Below, piece after piece: positions 58,300-64,000 of a DNA stretch of 64,000 nucleotides. The translations under genes and the position numbers were made by a program. A model generated the notes under the pieces. That model did not search any database and was not told where the DNA came from. It was given only the letters and a program-made list of their open reading frames with translations. Position 1 is the first letter of the stretch. Every line of letters starts with the position of its first letter. This stretch comes from the human T2T-CHM13v2.0 reference genome, Homo sapiens. The stretch is from the NCBI RefSeq assembly GCF_009914755.1, contig NC_060940.1; one strand, written 5' to 3'.

Positions 58300-59400
58300 C
58301 ACCGACAGACTTGCTCACCTCCGGGGACGAAGAGCTCCCTCCTCACAAACCCCACCCAGGAAAGGTAGCACCTGAGCCTCCCGGGCTGCGCCGACACCTG
58401 TCTCCCCGCGGGTGCCGCCTACTGCTCCAGTGGACTCCAGTCCCCAGGTTCCGCCCCACGGGGACTGGGGAGAGTGGGGGAGGCGCCGCGAGCATTAGGC
58501 GCTGACTGTATACCGACAACCCCTCTCCGGTGTGCGCAGGCCAACACCCATACACACCCTCACACACCCACACTCTAGCGGAAACTGAGGCAGGCAGGCG
58601 TTGGACCAGGTCCCGCCGCCTGACGGCTCGCAGCTGGGATCGAACCCGGACTGCGAGACGCCTTCCGCCTCACAGGCGCTCCTCAGTCTCAGGCCCGGCC
58701 TGGCTCCCACCGCCGGAGTTTCACAAAGAAAGTCTCCGGGCCCGAGCCCCTCACGCACTCACCGGCACCGACGCCGGCGGCGACTCGGGCTCCCGCCGCC
58801 TTCAGCTCCTTGCGGTGGTTGGCCCTTGGGTGGGCTCCGGCGCCAGCGGCGGCGACTGCTCCATATCCACGGGGTCCAGGCCGCGTCCGCCTCGATCTAA
58901 CGGTCCCGCCAGCTAGGCGCGCGCGCCAGTTCCGCGCGCCATGTTCCCGCCGTGCTGCGCACCGCCCAGGCGACCCTCGCTGCCCGCTAACCGCGCGCGC
59001 GCCCCCGCGGGCCCACACATGAACCGCGCACGCGCGCGTTAGCCGCACTCCCTCCCCGTGCGCCCCGCCTCACGCCCTCTAGAGCTGGCGGCTGTTCCCA
59101 GTGCCTCGCCCACCCCGGCCGGGCCCGTCGGACTCGGCGGGTGAGTGCGTGGTTCCCGGCTCCGCACCGCCGCCTGCCTCTCTGCAGACCACCCGGGACC
59201 CAACCCCTCAGCCACTTCCCCACACTGCCCCTTTCGCTTCCCCCACCACGCGGGGCCTAGGAAGAGTGTCTGGGCCAAGAGGAACTTCCCCGCAAGAAGT
59301 ACCGAGCTAAGGACGCTACTAAGGGGGCGGGATCGCCACCGTGGAGGTGTGCGAGCACATGCCTGCGTCAGGGAGACAGCCAGAGTCAACGGAGAAGCTG
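58300..59400. promoter_or_regulatory. CpG island / paralogous TTC28 promoter
   Basis: Dense CpG and (CG)n runs; YY1-type AACATGGCG on the - strand (~58937-58945); GC box ggggcggg at ~59323. Confidence 0.8.
58763..58864 (-). pseudogene. TTC28: Unprocessed paralogous copy of TTC28 coding exon 1 with a premature stop
   Basis: - strand ATG at 58864 gives MEQSPPLAPEPTQGPTTARS*RRREPESPPASVP followed by GTGAGT; matches the recalled TTC28 N-terminus (MEQSPPPAPEPTQGPTPARSRRRREPESPPASAP); TGA at 58802-58804. Confidence 0.88.
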
Positions 59401-59470
59401 AGTTCAAGTCCCACATCTCCACTAACCCTTGCGTGTTAGGGTCAGGGCTTCGGGACTTGTTTCTCCTAAA

Positions 59471-59778
<308 letters not shown>

Positions 59779-60562
59779 TGTTTCTCCTAAATCTAAAGAC
59801 TCAATATAATAATCAAGAGAACGCCTCAGCACCTCGCCTAGCACTTAGTAGGTAGTGATCAAGAGAGAAGACCTCTTAAGTGGTTTTAATGGTTAAGGAC
59901 CACAGGTTCTCAAGAAAGGGAAATCTCAATTCAAGTCCCACCTCCATCTCTTGGAAACTGAGAAACCTTGAACAAGTCACTCAGAGGAGCCAAAGATCCT
60001 TGATTTCTACATGTGCAAAAGGGGAGTGTGGCAGTAGCACTGCAGAGGGTTGACTGAGCTTTCAGGGTGATGATGACTGTATGATCATGCCTCTCTTAAT
60101 CATGGGATGGTTCTGAGAAATGCCTCCTTAGGTGACTGCAGCATTGTGCAAACAGCAAAGTGCATTTACCCAAACCTTGTATAGCCTACTACACACCTAG
60201 GCTGTATGGCGTAGCCTATTGCTCCTAGGCTACACACCCTTACAGCCTGATACTTTACTGAATATACCATAAGCAGTTGTAACACAATGTAAGTACTTGT
60301 GTACCTGAACATAGAGAAGATACAGTAAGAATAGAGTATAAGAGATTTTAAAATGGTACTCCTGTATAGGGCACTTACCATGAAATGAGCTTGCAGGACT
60401 GGAAGATGCTGTGGATGAGTCAGTGAGTGTGAAGGCATAGGACCTTACTGTACACTACTGTAGACTTTATAAACACCATATGCTTAGGCTACACCAAAAA
60501 TTTTTAAAGCTTTTCTTCAATAAATTCACCTTAGCTTACTGAAATGTATCTTAAAAAATTTT

Positions 60563-60825
60563 GCCGGTCATGGTGTCTCACACCTGCAATCCCAGCACTT
60601 TGGGATGCCAAGGCAGGAAGATCATTTGAGGTCGGGAATTCAAGACCATCCTGGCCAACGTGGTGAAACACTCATGTCTACTAAAAATACAAAACTTAGC
60701 CAGGCATGGTGGTGTGCACCTGTAATCCCAGCTACTCAGGAGACTGACACAGGAGAATCACTTGAACCCAGCAGGTGGAGGTTGCAGTGAGCCGAGATCG
60801 TGCCACTGCAATCCATCCTGGGCAG
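60563..60825 (+). mobile_element. AluS lacking its tail
   Basis: Dimer ending at catcctgggcag. Confidence 0.85.
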
Positions 60826-60982
60826 TTACATGCACGGAGATGTCATCTCCTGTGATAACAATGCCTTCTTCTTCCAGAATACTTCCTGAAGGACCTGCCT
60901 GAGGCTGTTTTATAGTTAACTATTTTTTAATGTAAGTAGAAGACATACATTCTAAAATTATGAAAAACACTAAATACACCAG

Positions 60983-61280
<298 letters not shown>

Positions 61281-61851
61281 CCAGTAACATAGTTGTTCAT
61301 TATCAAGTATTATATATTGTATGTAATTGTACATGCTATGCTTTTATAGAACTGGCAGCACAGATTTGTTTACACCAGCATCACCAGAAACACAGAAATG
61401 CTTTACCCTATCATTACAATGGCTATGTCACTAAGCAATAGGAATTTTTCAGCTCCATAATCGTCTTATGGTACCAGTGACTTACATGTGGTTTGTCATT
61501 GACTAAAATGTCATTATACAACACATGACTGCATATCCCAGGGCCCAATGTCTGGCACACACAAAGCTGAGTTTCACTGGTGTAATTCCCACCCTATCCA
61601 TCCAAGAATCCTAAAAGTTTAATGAAAGGGGCTCTGCTCCCAAAACCCTGTGGTATAAGTAGCTGGGAGGAGTTCGCCCGACTTGGGGTTTCAAGGACTC
61701 TTTCGTCCCACCTGTTTGCTTTCCTTTCTCTCCCCAAAACTTCTCTGAAAACCCTAAAGTTGGCAGAAAAATGGAGAATGTTTTCCCTACTAACAAAAAG
61801 AATCTTCAAGAGTCTCTTGGGATTTGTAAATGGTTGCATTTACTAGTCTGG

Positions 61852-62174
<323 letters not shown>

Positions 62175-63257
62175 TTCTAGTTTGGTATTTTTCTTATTCA
62201 AGTAACAAGGAAAAAAAAAATAACTCCACCAAGAGTAAAACAGAAAAAAGGAACAAAACTGATAGCATGACTGAAAAGGCCTGGGGTGGTACCTCACTTC
62301 AGGCATAGCTGGATACAGGCACTTATACAAGATAAGTCTCTCTAATCTCTCAGTGCTTGCTTCCCTTTGATTACTTCATTCTCATGCAATTCTTTCCACA
62401 TAGTGGCCTGAGCAGCTCCTAACTCACATCTGCACAAGAAAGCAGAGGCTGTTCCCCAATAGTTCCAGCCAAAGTCCCAGGACTGACTTTCACTGGACCC
62501 GTTTGGGCCACATGCCCCTGCCTGAGCCAACCACCACATCCAGCCTGGCCAGACCTGGCTTTCAGGAAGCTCCTTCAGGAAGCGGTTGGGGTCATCCCCT
62601 CCAGAAGGACATGGGGAAAACCAGAAAGTGGGAGGAGGGATGCTTCCTTCTGGAAAATAGGGATGCAATTACCACAAGAGGTATCAGGTACAGGGCTGGC
62701 ACAAACAAGAGCTATCCATGGCACCATCATGTAGGCATGCAGCAGGTCCACCATGAAGCAACCTGGCTGCTCCACAAAACGGAGTCACAGTTAATTCAGC
62801 CAATGAGAAATATCCCTCTACTTGGGTTCCCACCATTCACCCCAGGCCTGGCACGTCCCAAATTTCCTTGGTCAAAGGCAAGCAAATTACCCGCCTTTTA
62901 TGCTGCACAAAAAGCTGAAAAGATTGTCTTACTTCTCTGGCTCAAGAACTTTCTATGACTCCCTCTGGCTACTTATGTGGCTCCCCCACCCTTAATGATA
63001 GAAGCCAACATTCATGAATCCCTTACCACATGCCAGGTACCTAATGGACCTGCCTCCTCCAAACAGCATAGAAGAGGTTGGTACTCTTACTGCACCTATT
63101 TTATAAATATGGAAACAAAGGCTCAGCAATTTGAGGTAATTTACCCAGAGCCAAAGTTAGGAAGTGCAGAGTTCAGATTAGCACAATATTGTTCCCGCCA
63201 TTACCATCCCAGCTCCATTTGTTCATGTTTCAAAGTCTTACACCCACCTCTAGCTAG

Positions 63258-63684
<427 letters not shown>

Positions 63685-63794
63685 TAATGGGATAGGGAAA
63701 AGAATTCCTCCAAGATAAAATTAAAGTGAGGTTAGGAAAGGAAGTAGGTGTTTGTTAGCCTTAAATCAGCAGCTGATTTCTCCCATTGGTGAGT

Positions 63795-64000
63795 CAATTA
63801 GTTTTCTATGGCTGCTGTAACAAATTACCACGATCTGATTGGCTTACAACAACACAGACTTAATATCTTATTGTTCTATAGGTCAGAAGCCTCAAATCAG
63901 TTTCACTTGGCTAAAGTCAAGTTGTAAAGTACTGATTTCTTCAGGAGGCTCTGAAGGGAAAACCCATTTTCTTGCCTTTTTCTGCTTTTAGTGGTTACCT
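63795..64000 (-). mobile_element. MLT1-family LTR, running off the window
   Basis: attagttttctatggctgctgtaacaaattaccac...acaacacag...ggtcagaag. Confidence 0.75.

Overview
Primate (human-like) genomic DNA with no intact protein-coding gene. The window reads as a mosaic of segmental-duplication blocks of the kind found in hominoid pericentromeric regions. (1) 1-31070: repeat-rich block (old L1M, L2, MIR, MaLR LTRs, MER DNA elements, many Alus, one 5'-truncated young L1PA) that ends in an Alu cut off in its right arm. (2) 31071-34851: an almost A-free (GGCT/GGCTT)n satellite with a ~1.3 kb higher-order duplication. (3) ~34852-39240: a GC-rich block carrying an unprocessed copy of the PPP2R3B terminal exon (- strand, acceptor intact). 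(4) ~39240-49350: AT-rich block. (5) 49357-52330: CAGGG-type satellite, then REP522-like sequence and an L1 fragment. (6) ~54800-64000: Alu-dense block with a CpG island holding a copy of the TTC28 promoter and exon 1 (- strand, premature TGA, donor intact); by synteny this is probably the CHEK2/TTC28 duplicon. Main hypothesis: the orphaned TTC28 first exon and the orphaned PPP2R3B last exon lie co-oriented ~20 kb apart and could form a duplication-built chimeric transcript. Gene and repeat family names come from my recall of the sequences, not from a database search. The long ORFs in the track are repeat artefacts.
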